In this document: positions 24,292-36,100 of the stretch, one piece after another
How the letters are laid out: each line of letters starts with the position of its first letter
Position numbering within the stretch: position 1 is the stretch's first letter
Virus record (IMG/VR): IMGVR_UViG_3300027621_000003
Coordinates: 1-64,000 of that record
DNA: 64,000 bases
Reading direction: 5' to 3' (one strand)
The notes under the pieces: model-generated
Seen by the model: only the letters and a program-made list of their open reading frames with translations
Database searches by the model: none
What the model was told of the DNA's origin: nothing
Translations under genes and position numbers: made by a program

Positions 24292-25677
24292 TTAATTAAA
24301 GTTATTTGGTTGTACTCGCTCTTTTCTTTTTTCCATAAGTTCTTTGATTCTGTCTCTGTTCTTTTCTTCTTTCTTTTCTTCAAATCCTAAGAAGGTAACA
24401 GAACTTTCAGTATCAATTTCCAACAATTCGTTGTTGAACTTACAGTTTTCAAAGATAACCCCATCTTTACCCACACGAGACTTGGTAATTGCGATGGTTG
24501 CTAAATTCATTTCTTTTTGTTGTAAAGTTTTTGCCACGGAAATGATAACGTGTCCAACTTGTGCTTTTTTAATAGAACCACCCATTTGGTCGGTGGTAAC
24601 AACCTCAGAAGATATAGAGCTTCTGTTACCCTGTGTTGCGGTCCATCCTACTACGTTAAGTTCATGACACATAGATTCGTAACCTCTCATAACGGAACCC
24701 TCACTTTTCCATTCGTCTCCCATATTTTTGTCAGGTACAATACAATCAATATAATCTAAAACAATCATATCAATCTTATGTCCATCAGCAACCATCTTTC
24801 TAATCATGTTCTTGATTTGAGTCATTGTAAATTGGTCTGAAGGTAATTTTTTCAAGAACAATTTGTTGGTCATTTCTTCTTTGACCTGACGTGCTTTTTC
24901 AAGAACTTCTTCACGGTGTAATGGGAGGTCATCAGGTGGTATACCTGTCCACATTGTGAAGTGTTTACGTTGGATTACTTTTGGATTGTCCTCAAAGAAT
25001 AACTGAAGTACATTGTAACCATTATTAAACGCTGAGTTAGCAATTTTTGTAAGAACTGTAGTTTTTCCTACACCAGTTGGTGCTAAGATTACCCCCAATT
25101 CACCTTTTGCCAATCCGCCTTTTAATAACTTGTCAATACCCGTAATTCCCATTGGGATTGGGTGACGGAAATCTTCATTCAAAACATCATCCAAGTTTTG
25201 GAAAACATCTTCAATCTTATTTCCATTTTCCCCTACTTGGAGAGCACTTCTTACAAGTTCTTCAAGTTTGTCATAGTTTTCAAATTCTCCACTATCAAGT
25301 ATTTTTTGTGATTTGGTGATTGCCTTTTGAAGTTCTTGTTGTTTACAAAACTTCAATGATTTCTCTTGTACAAACGATGCCCCTTCTATAGACGCAGTTT
25401 GTATCTGTTTGATAGTGTCGTTTAGAATTTTCAACATCAACTCTTGTGGGAACTCACTTTTCACCATTTGTGAAAGTGTTTCGTATGATGGAGTACAATC
25501 ATATTTTACATAGTACTCCTTCACCAATTGGAGAAGTGTTTTGAAATATTTGTTTTCAAAGTGTGAGGATTCAATTACATCAATGATAGAATGTGAGAAG
25601 TCTTTATCTAAGATAATCTGATTTAATAATTGTAGTTGAAATGTGTTACCTAGATACTCAAAATTCTTGTTTGACAT
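24292..25677 (-). CDS. dnaB: Replicative DNA helicase (DnaB / T4 gp41-like)
   Basis: Walker A APTGVGKT, IVLDYID, WTATQGNR, ITKSRVG. Confidence 0.9.
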   Translation of the reverse strand: MSNKNFEYLGNTFQLQLLNQIILDKDFSHSIIDVIESSHFENKYFKTLLQLVKEYYVKYDCTPSYETLSQMVKSEFPQELMLKILNDTIKQIQTASIEGASFVQEKSLKFCKQQELQKAITKSQKILDSGEFENYDKLEELVRSALQVGENGNKIEDVFQNLDDVLNEDFRHPIPMGITGIDKLLKGGLAKGELGVILAPTGVGKTTVLTKIANSAFNNGYNVLQLFFEDNPKVIQRKHFTMWTGIPPDDLPLHREEVLEKARQVKEEMTNKLFLKKLPSDQFTMTQIKNMIRKMVADGHKIDMIVLDYIDCIVPDKNMGDEWKSEGSVMRGYESMCHELNVVGWTATQGNRSSISSEVVTTDQMGGSIKKAQVGHVIISVAKTLQQKEMNLATIAITKSRVGKDGVIFENCKFNNELLEIDTESSVTFLGFEEKKEEKNRDRIKELMEKRKERVQPNNFN

Positions 25678-25712
25678 AATTAAAATTCCCTTGTTAGTTT
25701 TGATAAATACTA

Positions 25713-26162
25713 TTAGTTTAAGCTATAAGACATGTAACTTGTAACAAAATTTTCATCGGAAAAAATGTCAGTTAAGTCCTTTAATACACTTTTTACTTGC
25801 TGGCGTATATCTACGGTGTATCTTATTTTAGGTGGGAACAATTTCGCATCCAAAATTCTATGACAAATTGTCTGTTCTCCAACCTTTATTAAAAAATTAA
25901 ATGTTTCAGGACCATCAGTATTTGATGTTTGCAAGATACTTTGGTTCTCAAAAATTTCATCTTTATTCTCCAAAAGGTATACAACCGAACGCATCTTTTG
26001 GCCGTACTCAAACCCTTCTACAAAGTTTTTTAAATATTGATACAGTTCCATAGAACTGCGAGCTTGTGGGTTGTAATCTTTTACGTTAAAGTAACGTTGG
26101 ATTACGATGTTGTTGTTCAAGGTAATCAAGAACTCCATTTTAATTACATCTGTTTCTTTCAT
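25713..26162 (-). CDS. Hypothetical protein in replication operon
   Basis: 149-aa ORF between exonuclease and helicase genes. Confidence 0.65.
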   Translation of the reverse strand: MKETDVIKMEFLITLNNNIVIQRYFNVKDYNPQARSSMELYQYLKNFVEGFEYGQKMRSVVYLLENKDEIFENQSILQTSNTDGPETFNFLIKVGEQTICHRILDAKLFPPKIRYTVDIRQQVKSVLKDLTDIFSDENFVTSYMSYSLN

Positions 26163-26169
26163 AATTTTT

Positions 26170-27180
26170 TTATTTTTCTATTTGTTGTTTGTGTTGTCTT
26201 TTTTCTTTTCTTGTCAATTTCATCAAAGGTCGTATAAATTTTATAAATTCATCATCACTCTTACCGAGATATTTGAAGAATCCATCTTCTGTCATCATAC
26301 GAATTAGATTTTTGTAACCCCTACCTTCAGGGTCTAAAGTGTCGGCATAATATTGTTCAACAAGTACCCTACCTTCGTCAGAAATAAGCGGATTTTGTAA
26401 ATCCACAATTTTTTTGTTTGTTTGGTAGAATGATTCTCCGAATTCTCCGTCTTTTGTTTTTCCACTTACAATATTTTTTAAAGTTGTGTTGTTTTTGTCT
26501 TGTTCTAAAAGTTCCTGTGCCTTTGTTAAAATATGGTTATAATTAACCATAGAATCAAGCATCTCAGGAAAGTATTTTATTACACTTTTTTCACCCAATC
26601 TTAATATACCGCTGATATTGTCTGACTTATCACCAGTTAATATCTTAAGTGTCAATACGTTATAGTGTGGAAATTCGGTATCACCAAATTTAACTTTATC
26701 ACCAAGTTTAAAGGTGACTTTGGAAATTGGTGAGTATATTGATGTGTGTCCATCAATCAATTGAAAGTAATCTTTATCTGCCGATAATATTGTTTTTGAT
26801 TCTTCGTTAGCAATCTGACAATAGTAGGCGATTAAATCATCCGCTTCACATTCAATTGCTCTTACCTGACGAACGAAACATTCTTCAAGGTATTCTTTTA
26901 CTCTTTCTTTTTGGGTGTGGTATGACTCAAGTTTAAACTCGTTCATACTTTGTCTACGGTTTAACTTGTAGTTAGGATATAATTTACGTCTAACGGCTGA
27001 GTTGTCGTCACCGTCCCAAAAGACAATAATTTTGTCGTAGTTGTGTTCATCAATTTGTTTTCTGAGGGTATTGATAAAATGAAAGACACCCCCGATATGG
27101 TTTCCTTCCACGAAGAGGTCTCTGACCCCATGGAATCCGATTTTAAATAGGTTATCACCATCTACTAAGAGTGTCTTCAC
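26170..27180 (-). CDS. 5'-3' exonuclease / flap endonuclease (T4 RNase H, Pol I 5'-nuclease family)
   Basis: LLVDGDNL, YPNYKLNR, EADDLIAY, SADKDYFQL, LTGDKSDNISGI motifs. Confidence 0.92.
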   Translation of the reverse strand: MKTLLVDGDNLFKIGFHGVRDLFVEGNHIGGVFHFINTLRKQIDEHNYDKIIVFWDGDDNSAVRRKLYPNYKLNRRQSMNEFKLESYHTQKERVKEYLEECFVRQVRAIECEADDLIAYYCQIANEESKTILSADKDYFQLIDGHTSIYSPISKVTFKLGDKVKFGDTEFPHYNVLTLKILTGDKSDNISGILRLGEKSVIKYFPEMLDSMVNYNHILTKAQELLEQDKNNTTLKNIVSGKTKDGEFGESFYQTNKKIVDLQNPLISDEGRVLVEQYYADTLDPEGRGYKNLIRMMTEDGFFKYLGKSDDEFIKFIRPLMKLTRKEKRQHKQQIEK

Positions 27181-27190
27181 AATTTATTGT

Positions 27191-28201
27191 TTATACTGTT
27201 TCACTTTCTTTTTCCTCAAACAAGCTGAAATCTCCATCAGCCCCGATAATCTCTTTCCAATACTCAGCATTTTCTTTCTTGTATTGTTCAATAGATACTT
27301 TCTCTTCAGCAGCATCTTTTCCTGCCAAGAATCCGTGTGGTGTTACGATGATTTTTCCATCTTCATAACCCAAACCATTGATGTGGTTTTTCATGACAGA
27401 AACTTTTGTACGGATTGCAAATTTAACAGTTCGTTTGTCTTTTGTTGCAGAAATTTTGTTTGTTCCTGCACCTTTTTGATTACCAAATAAGAATACCAAA
27501 GACGAATTTAACCAAATGGCTTCACCACCCTTTGCTTTAATCTTTGGTTGTCCAAATGGATTGTCAGGAAGTTCAACCCAAGGCTGATTAACAATCACCA
27601 ATGTGTTTTCATATTTTGAATCAGATTTACGAGAACCTGAAATACGTTGGTTAATACCCATTCCAATCTTGTCGGCAAGAACCGCAGCATTGTGTTGTTT
27701 ACCACCTTTACCATCAAAGGTCATCTTACAAGGAACTGAACCTACTGAATCCCAAAGGAACAATAAATCATATTCCAATTCACCTTTTTCTTGAGCGTCC
27801 AACAAACTATTAATATAATCTGTAATTTGTTCAATATAAGAGAAGTTGTTGTTGAAGATGAAAAATCCATCCCAATCCAATTCACCTGTTTCGGGGTCAA
27901 CCACTTCATCACAATCAAAACCCATAAGTCTTGCGTGTTCAAAACTCCACTTCTGTTCGGTGATAATGAACACGGGAAGAATATTCTGTTTCTGAGCTGA
28001 TACGGCCGCTTTTACGAGACCCGTTGTCTTACCTGTATCAGAGTGACCCAAGAACATGTTCAAGTGTCCTATGGCGGGTCCTGGTAGTCCTACAGCGTCC
28101 AAGAAATCTTTACCCAAGTCAAAGTATCTTTGTGGTTTATACTTCGCCGAAGTTGAGAATTTCTTCTTTACTGAATTAAAATCGTTTTTCTTGATTGCCA
28201 T
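27191..28201 (-). CDS. recA: RecA/UvsX-like recombinase
   Basis: Walker A GHSDTGKT, Walker B LWDSVG, IVNQ, KGGEAI, KNHING. Confidence 0.85.
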   Translation of the reverse strand: MAIKKNDFNSVKKKFSTSAKYKPQRYFDLGKDFLDAVGLPGPAIGHLNMFLGHSDTGKTTGLVKAAVSAQKQNILPVFIITEQKWSFEHARLMGFDCDEVVDPETGELDWDGFFIFNNNFSYIEQITDYINSLLDAQEKGELEYDLLFLWDSVGSVPCKMTFDGKGGKQHNAAVLADKIGMGINQRISGSRKSDSKYENTLVIVNQPWVELPDNPFGQPKIKAKGGEAIWLNSSLVFLFGNQKGAGTNKISATKDKRTVKFAIRTKVSVMKNHINGLGYEDGKIIVTPHGFLAGKDAAEEKVSIEQYKKENAEYWKEIIGADGDFSLFEEKESETV

Positions 28202-28216
28202 ATGTGTTGTAAATTA

Positions 28217-28252
28217 ATCATGTATGGTACCGTACATGATACCATACATGAT
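28217..28252. promoter_or_regulatory. Triple 12-mer repeat / hairpin upstream of recA
   Basis: Minus strand reads ATCATGTATGGT-ATCATGTACGGT-ACCATACATGAT: two direct copies plus one inverted copy. Confidence 0.6.
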
Positions 28253-28263
28253 GTTTTGTTTTA

Positions 28264-29112
28264 TTAGAACGGTAAGTCCTCAGCAGGTTCGTCAAATAAT
28301 TGTGGGTCTGCAGGAGCCGCGGGTGCTGATTTAGAACCACCCATCATCATATCTCCTGAATCACTGTACAAGTATTTACCTGTTTCACTATCCCAACGAG
28401 GTTCTTCACCACGAGAGATTGCTTCCAAATATTCTACAGGTTTCTTAGAGTAAACATCATTCCATGTCAACTCATCTTTCAACCACTCTTCCATAACATT
28501 AGCAGTCTCATGAAGAGGTGCTGGGTCATCATGCATAATAGTTTGGATTGTTGTGTAATCTTTTCCACCAGGAGTTTTAGATTTAACCAACTGTACAATA
28601 AGGTCTCTACCTTTTTGTGAATCAGTTACATCACCTTTCTGTCTCCAAATTGGAATGATTTTGTCAAGAATACCATCATTCTTGTAATTGTGTTTGAAAC
28701 GCCAAAACTTTACACCCTCGTCTTCAGCATCACGGTCAATAACCTTTACGATGTAAAATTTACGAGATTTGTATTGTTTAGCCAATTCTTTGTCTGACTC
28801 TTTGCCGGTAGACATCAACTCATCGTGAACCTCATTCAAAGGTGAACGTTCATTGTCATTTTTACCTGGGTCATAGAATTTTTGCCATTTACCACCCACT
28901 TGTAATTCATGGTACCAAACCTCTTTGAAAGGTGAAGAACCATCGGGTGTAGGAAGGATACGTACTCTACGTTGTCCTTGAGATTGCCCTTGTGGAAGAA
29001 TACAAGCAAAATACTTTTTCATTCTTTCCTCTTGGGACATTCGGTTAGAGTCTCCGAAAGACTGTGTGTTTTTTTCGTACTGTGAAAGTACTGCGTCAAG
29101 TGAACTCATCAT
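28264..29112 (-). CDS. Single-stranded DNA-binding protein (T4 gp32-like)
   Basis: RVRILP...PFKEVWYH, KVIDRD...GVKFWRF, GRDLIV and acidic C-terminal tail ending EDLPF; adjacent to recA. Confidence 0.82.
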   Translation of the reverse strand: MMSSLDAVLSQYEKNTQSFGDSNRMSQEERMKKYFACILPQGQSQGQRRVRILPTPDGSSPFKEVWYHELQVGGKWQKFYDPGKNDNERSPLNEVHDELMSTGKESDKELAKQYKSRKFYIVKVIDRDAEDEGVKFWRFKHNYKNDGILDKIIPIWRQKGDVTDSQKGRDLIVQLVKSKTPGGKDYTTIQTIMHDDPAPLHETANVMEEWLKDELTWNDVYSKKPVEYLEAISRGEEPRWDSETGKYLYSDSGDMMMGGSKSAPAAPADPQLFDEPAEDLPF

Positions 29113-29144
29113 GTTTTTTGTTTAATTAGATTGTTTGTTTATAA

Positions 29145-29173
29145 ATTATAGTTGTTATTTTTCTGTTCGTCAA
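29145..29173 (-). promoter_or_regulatory. Sigma70-like promoter of the SSB-recA-exonuclease operon
   Basis: TTGACG-N17-TATAAT, 32 nt upstream of the SSB start. Confidence 0.7.
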
Positions 29174-29184
29174 ATTATTTCGCC

Positions 29185-29214
29185 AAATAAAAAAGGGCCA
29201 CAACGTGACCCTTT
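29185..29214 (-). terminator. Intrinsic terminator
   Basis: AAAGGGTCAC-GTT-GTGGCCCTTT stem-loop followed by TTTATTT, downstream of the 29240 gene. Confidence 0.75.
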
Positions 29215-29239
29215 CAATATAGTAAAAAGTTGTTAAAAA

Positions 29240-29914
29240 TCAATACATTTTAAAGGATGTTCCTGTTGGTTCTGCACCATAATTATCAAATGATTTTTTA
29301 ATATCTGTAGGTACAATATCTTCAACCTCATCTGAAGTTAACACATATTCATTCTTTCCCGATTTTTCCAAATCATCTTGTTTGTCATCAAAAAAATCAG
29401 AAAGTTTTTGATTGAATGGTCCACTATCAAGACTTCTCAAGTTTAATTTTTCTTGAGGTGTTTTTGGTCTGTACTGTTCAATCTTTTCTTCCATAGAGTT
29501 TAACTTATTGAAAACATCATCCATAGCATTTAACTTGGTTTGTAATCCTTCAATTTGTTTAAACATCATATCAAAATATTCTTGTTGTTTAGTTTCTACA
29601 TTTTTTTGTGAATTAACTAAATCAGTAATATCTAATTCTTCAGAACCACTGTCACTTTCTTCACTCTTACCACTACCATCAATTTTTTCAACTTCAGTAT
29701 CAGTTGTTGTATCAATGACTTCAGGTGCCGCTGGTGCCGCTGCTAATGTCGGGTCTCCGCCAGGTGCTGCCGCAGGAGCCGCTGCAGGGTCTACAGGAGC
29801 CGCAGGGTCTTCAGGTGGTGGGGGTAAATCACCCAAGGCATCTTGTTCTACAATATACTTATTAATAGAATTGTGTCTTTTAATCTCTTCAATAATTTTT
29901 TTATCAATTGCCAT
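29240..29914 (-). CDS. Acidic Pro/Ala-rich coiled-coil protein, possible head-internal/scaffold-like protein
   Basis: KKIIEEIKR...YIVEQ leader, PAAP linker, acidic tract, coiled coil. Start taken at ATG 29914; the track gives 29926. Confidence 0.55.
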   Translation of the reverse strand: MAIDKKIIEEIKRHNSINKYIVEQDALGDLPPPPEDPAAPVDPAAAPAAAPGGDPTLAAAPAAPEVIDTTTDTEVEKIDGSGKSEESDSGSEELDITDLVNSQKNVETKQQEYFDMMFKQIEGLQTKLNAMDDVFNKLNSMEEKIEQYRPKTPQEKLNLRSLDSGPFNQKLSDFFDDKQDDLEKSGKNEYVLTSDEVEDIVPTDIKKSFDNYGAEPTGTSFKMY

Positions 29915-29918
29915 TTTT

Positions 29919-30143
29919 TTAACCATTTAATAATTGTTTAACACCTTGTGGTGTTTCAACTTGGACTCTTTTATTTGTTCTCATTGTGTTATCAACTCTT
30001 TCAATAAGACCGTCTCTGTCTCTAACTGTATAGCAATTACCAGTATCTAAATCACATACTTCGGTAAATCCATTTCCGGCATTTTTTTCTGTATATCTTG
30101 TGTTTTTACCAAGATAATTGTCTAAATGTTGTTTAATATTCAT
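29919..30143 (-). CDS. Hypothetical 74-aa protein
   Basis: Clean ORF preceded by TATTTATT (30158-30165). Confidence 0.65.
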   Translation of the reverse strand: MNIKQHLDNYLGKNTRYTEKNAGNGFTEVCDLDTGNCYTVRDRDGLIERVDNTMRTNKRVQVETPQGVKQLLNG

Positions 30144-30165
30144 AACTATAGTTTCTTAATAAATA

Positions 30166-33100
30166 TCATTTAAAGTTAACAAGTTTATATTTAGATAATA
30201 ATTCAACTACATTTTCAGCCGATGTTCTAAAAGTATCCGCCATGTTTTTATTTGACTTAAGCCACTGAGTGTATTGGTCATCTGTTTGGAATCTTTTTTG
30301 TGGCCAATATTTAATCCACACTGTATACATATTTTCAACATAACTTTCTTTAGTATCCCAAACTAATGAACCGGTATTTCCAGTTGTAAATAATGGTGCA
30401 AATAACAAACTTTTAGATAAAACTTGTTCATTAAGATAATAGTCATTAATAAATTTAACTGAATTTGTAAATGACTCACCGGATGTACCCGTTGTAAATA
30501 CAGCACTTGGTTGGGCATATCCATTTTGGTTAGTTTTACAACCAAATTGTTTTTGGAAATATTTTTCTCTTCCTCCATAACTAATTTGTTGTGGAAAACT
30601 ACCACCACCTAATATTGTATTACCTAAATCATGATTGTATGTGTAGACGGAATTGTCATCATGACCATTAACATATGCGGTATATAAAACCATCGCTCTT
30701 GCCGGACCTAAAGTAACATTATCTCTAATTATTTTTGCCAAATCAGCAAATGATATTGATTGTTGTGTATTTTCAATTCCAAGAAATTTTTGATATTTAG
30801 GATTTGTTGATAACATATCTGCTTGACATTGTGATTGAAATGCTGACGAATATATAACATTAGTCTGAACACTATTACCAATAGTAATAACATTTACTGT
30901 TGGTTGTGTTGAGGCGACTTCAGTTTCTTTTTGTCTTTTTAATATCTGAACTAATTGTCCCAATAAATTAGCATTAATTGAAACCAATTGTTTTGTTATT
31001 AATGGTAATGAATAAATTGGCATCCTAACACCACTAAAAAATGTTTTAAAGTCACCGGCACTAATCGTATGTTCAACAGATTGAATCATATAGGGTCCTC
31101 TAAACATTGGTACATTCCTTAAGTTAAAATACATTGTAGGTTGAATCATCATATTTCCCATTGATTCTACCCTACATTCATAACTTCTATTTTTATATAA
31201 ATTATATAAACTAACGTTTTGAGTATTTGTTCTTCTACCACCAGCTTGGTTACTCATATCACTAATAACTCTGTTAGCTTCTGTTGTTGCAGCAGCATTA
31301 TTTTGGTCAAGTTGAATGCTATAAAAAACACTTTGGTTTCTAATTCCAAAATCAACATTAAATCCAACAACTTTATTTGATTGTGCCCAATCTGTTTTTG
31401 TACTTTTTAGTTCTGAAATCAATGGATTATCTGAGTTCCTTGATAAATCAAAGGCATCTGTTCTCCATCTGTAATCAGCATTTTCTCTCATATCTAAATG
31501 CTCACTTGGTTTTCCGGCATAATAACATACAAATTTTGGTTGTGACTCTCGGTAATCAACATCTAAAAAAGTACCAAATAACGAGTTTGCTAAGTCATTA
31601 GCCCTTTCTTCCTTAGGCTTAACACCTTGAGTAACTTCTCCCGCACCCCAAAAATTCATATATGCCGGTAATGGCATCATTTGAAATTGATTATCCGCAA
31701 TAATCCTACTTACAAAATCAATAATCCTTGCATCAAGTGATGTTGTTCCCGAAAAGAAATCTTTTAATTTAAAAACATCAACCAATACTTTATCACCAAT
31801 ATCCCTATTCGCCCTATCTAAGAACATAACATCTTGATATAATGTTTTATCTTTAAATTCACTTCCAGCAATCCACTTATCGTTAAATGATTTAAATGCT
31901 TCATAAAGTTCTACTTTAGGTTGCATACCGTCAATAGCGGATAATATTGGTTTTTCAGTTGTTTCTACATAATCAGGTAATTCTTTTCTCAATACAAACA
32001 TTAATTCACCCAAAACATAATTTAGATACTCATCATTATTTGTGTAAAAATCATTTATTGCTGTTATAAAATCCGTCTTTGTGTATATACCATTATTTAA
32101 TGATTTTTGAGTACCAAAAATTTTGATAAGTGGTGCAAAGTTTTTAACATTTCCTTCAGTAAACTCAACATTTAATGTTGGGAAAAAGTCAGTATAATAA
32201 CTTCCTGAATTTGAATACGTTAATCCTGTTGTTGTTGCAAATCCTACATATGTTTCCATTGCAATCCAAGCGTTTGGATATGCGGCTTTTGACTGTAATA
32301 AAGTTATTTGTGTTGCGGCTCCGTTTGTAACAGGAACACTATTTTGAACATATGCGTTATATGGATAAGGGTCAACAACTTTATTGTAGTTTGTTGTATT
32401 CAAAGTTGTAAATGTACCAAAGACACGTCTATTAAAATTACTTGGGTTTCCGTATTTAAAAACAACATCATAATTTACAAAAGATTGTATTACCGTATTG
32501 GCTTGTGTTAATTGAGCATTTCCACAATCAACAACATAATTATCCAAAGTACTTGTTAATGTGATTGTTGGAACTAACAACATTTGTGACATTAATCCTT
32601 GGAAGTTTCTATTGGCATAACTTGAGTCTGATAAATCTTCAGATGTTAAATCCGTAAATGATTTACAAAAATTTAAAAATTCAGTTTCAAATGAATCTAA
32701 AATTTCTGTTTTAAACGTTCCAAAAACATCATCAATTTTAGAATAAGTCTGACCAAATTTAACCACATCCTGTATTTCTAAATTTGGATAAACTTCTTTC
32801 ATGTATTCATTTGGTCCCGGTTTTGTAATACTTGATAATTCAAAGTATCCAAAATTAGGTGCCGCCCAAAATGGTCTAACAGAACCATTAAATACCGCTT
32901 TATTATTTTGAACTTCTTGTGTTTGTATTAATCCTGTTATTGTTTCCGTAAAACATTCACCAATAACTTGGTTGTATATGGTACCAAAACTTGGCATCAA
33001 CAAAGTCTTATATTGTTGGTTTGATTTAAATTTTGGTGAATTTTGTGTTTCAAATGTGGTAAAGAAATTGTTAAACTTTAACACTTGATTTGGTGTTGAA

Positions 33101-36100
33101 CTATATCCAGCTTGTGTTGATATTTGAGCGTTTGGTATTGCCCCAACAACTAATCCTTGACTAATTGCTGTTTGTATATCAGTATTTGTGTATCCCGTCA
33201 ACAATTCTTGGCCAGTAACTAAAAAGTATGTGTCATTAATAATCTTTGGATAAAATCCAAGATTCATTTGTACTTGTGATAAAACTAATGGTGGTTGTGA
33301 TATTGTGTCTTGAGCAACAATATTATAATTTTCATTGGTTGATGTAAATGTATATTGTTTCTGTAATGACGAACCATCGGGGTCATAAAGATTTGCAACA
33401 TTCACATTTTTCCAAACAGAATCTAAAATGTCTACATTTGTTTCAACATATGTTTTGTAACGGTGCCAAATAGAACCATATTTTATAATCCAAGCATATG
33501 GTAATTTATGTACACCACCAAATTTTGTTAGAGTGGTAAAAATATAATCTAAATCAGTAAAACCTTCTGTTGTAATGTTTTTATATTTTTCTCTTAATGT
33601 CGCAAGTGGTAATGAATTTAAAAACAAATATGCCGGTAAAACATATGGGGTTGTATTTGTATTATTTCTATCTTTATCAACACCATCTTGTAATGCGTTA
33701 ATAAAGAAAGGTGTATTTAACATTGATGTTGTTTGGAATGCATCAACATTTCCTGTTTTAGCTTGGTAATTTATTGGTCCTTCGGTTACCAAGAAACTAT
33801 TATTTAAACGTCTTTCTTTATAAAATTGATTAAAGGCCGCTAAAGTTCCTGTTGGTGCTACACCTGTAAGATTTCCCGACCCACCAACGGATAATATTGG
33901 TTTGGGTGTTGTTAATGTTTTAATGAAACAATTATTAACAAAAGGTCTATTGTTATTTAAACTATCAGCACTTTCATAATTGGTAATATATCTCTGAGTA
34001 TCATTTAAAAACAAACTTTTTGTTGTATCAAAAACATTACCTTTTGATGTTTTTACACCGGCCAAGTTTTCATTTTGCCAATCAGTAATAACAAATGGAT
34101 AAACATCCATTATGTTTGTTTGTGTTGACAATGTTGATTTAATATAATTTGATATGTTTGTTAATGATTGAATATTTTTATTCGTGGTTGGTTTTGATTT
34201 AATAAACGAACTATTTAAAATTGCGTAATCATTTTCCGTAATTGCTCTTAAATACTCAGAAGTAAATTCACCTCTAGTAAATTGTTGCCAACTAAGCCCA
34301 GTTCCGTCATTTGAAATACTTTTAAGAGCTAACGGGAAACCTTGTGGTGTAAAAGCAAAGTTTTTTAATATTTTTGTTAAACTTGGACTTGTAGAAGCAA
34401 GTGCTGTTCTTATGTTGGAAACCTCTAAATCGGATAATGTATTATATACTGATAATTGTTTTGCTCCTGATGTAGACAATCTATCCCAATATGATGCCAA
34501 TAAGACTCTCTCATAAATTTCATAAATAAATTTAACACTATCATAATCACTATACGGTATGTTTGTTGTGGGGAATTCAATACCGTTTACAGTAATTCTA
34601 CTTATAACATTGGCTTCGTTATTACTACCATTTGGGCCCATATTAATACTAGCTCTTTGAGCTAATCCTTTCATATATTCTTCAACAAATTGAACTTCAG
34701 GCCAAACCTTATAATCATTCGCTCTTGTTTTTGATATTTCTGACGGGTCACCTGGGTATCTTAATTCAAACCTTTCACCATCAGGATTGTTTGTTTCAAC
34801 AAAATATTGTGGCCAAGGATATACTGGAATATCTTTTAAAGCGTTTTGGTCCGTTTGTTGTACTAAATCTTTACTATCAGTACTAACGGAAGATTTTGTA
34901 TTATCAAACACCGCATTTTTTCTAATTGGGTTTAACCTCTGACTCCAAGCTTGACTATGTACATCATCCATTAATCTATAAAACGCTTCAACGGACGCAA
35001 ATATCATTGCCATGATATTTCTCATTGTTGGTTTAAATCCTAAACCATCATTACCTTCAATTTTTTTAGATAAAAACTCATTTAACGCAAGAACAATTTT
35101 TTCTTTTTGTTGGGACAAATCTTCAAATGTTTTATCTAAGATGTCTGAAAAGTTACCAGGTCCGTCAAATACAAAATTATAGGTTGGTGGAATAAAACTA
35201 TTTCCAGTATCATTAGAAAATGTTCTAAAGAATATTGATTCCGATGCTGTTAAACCTGAAATTTCAGCTGTACTAAGTGCTTCTCTTTTATATCTAATTT
35301 TAAATGTTTCCGCCCAGTTAATATCATTTTCACTTATACTTTTTCTAACAGAGTCCGAACCAACTAAATTAGAACTATCGTTAGTCACATCACCCATGAC
35401 TTTATTAGAACCAACTAATCCAACTACTTCTCTAACAGAAAAACCTGTTTGGAGAGATGTTTGTAGTGCAGATGGTATTATTGTTGGTTGTATAGTTAAA
35501 TTGTTAATTTTAGTAACTTTTGATGTTTGTTTTTTACCATCAATTGTAAATGTTCCCGGGTCACTTAATGTTTTATTTTTAGCCAAATCAACTTTATATC
35601 CATCAACTAATTGTTTTAGTTGTGAATACGCATTAACTTGTAATTGTAAATTAGCTCTAGTGTTATTATTGTAAATGTAAGTAAGTACACCATTTTTACC
35701 ACCAACAACACTAGGGTCTAACACAAAAATTTTTTCTTGGTCAAGATATTTCTTAGACCAACTAGTATCATCAGTTGATAACACACTATCTCTTAAACTT
35801 GTTAATAATTTAAAATATGTATCACAATCAGAAAGTGGTGTAAAATCCGTTTGTCCAAAACTTTGTTGTAAATTTTTTTCTAACGCCTCTAATCTAGCTT
35901 TTAATTCGGGAAATGAAAGTTCTGGAAGATTTGGTGAAATTAAACCTAATGCTTTATATCTTTTGTAAACATCTCTAATGGTTTGACCACCTTTTGTTAC
36001 CCTTACTGAAGATGTTGTAACATCAGGGTTTCCATTAGATGTTTGAGCCGCGTTTACACCAGGAGAATTTGGTGCGGTATTGTTAATTCTATAATCCGTT

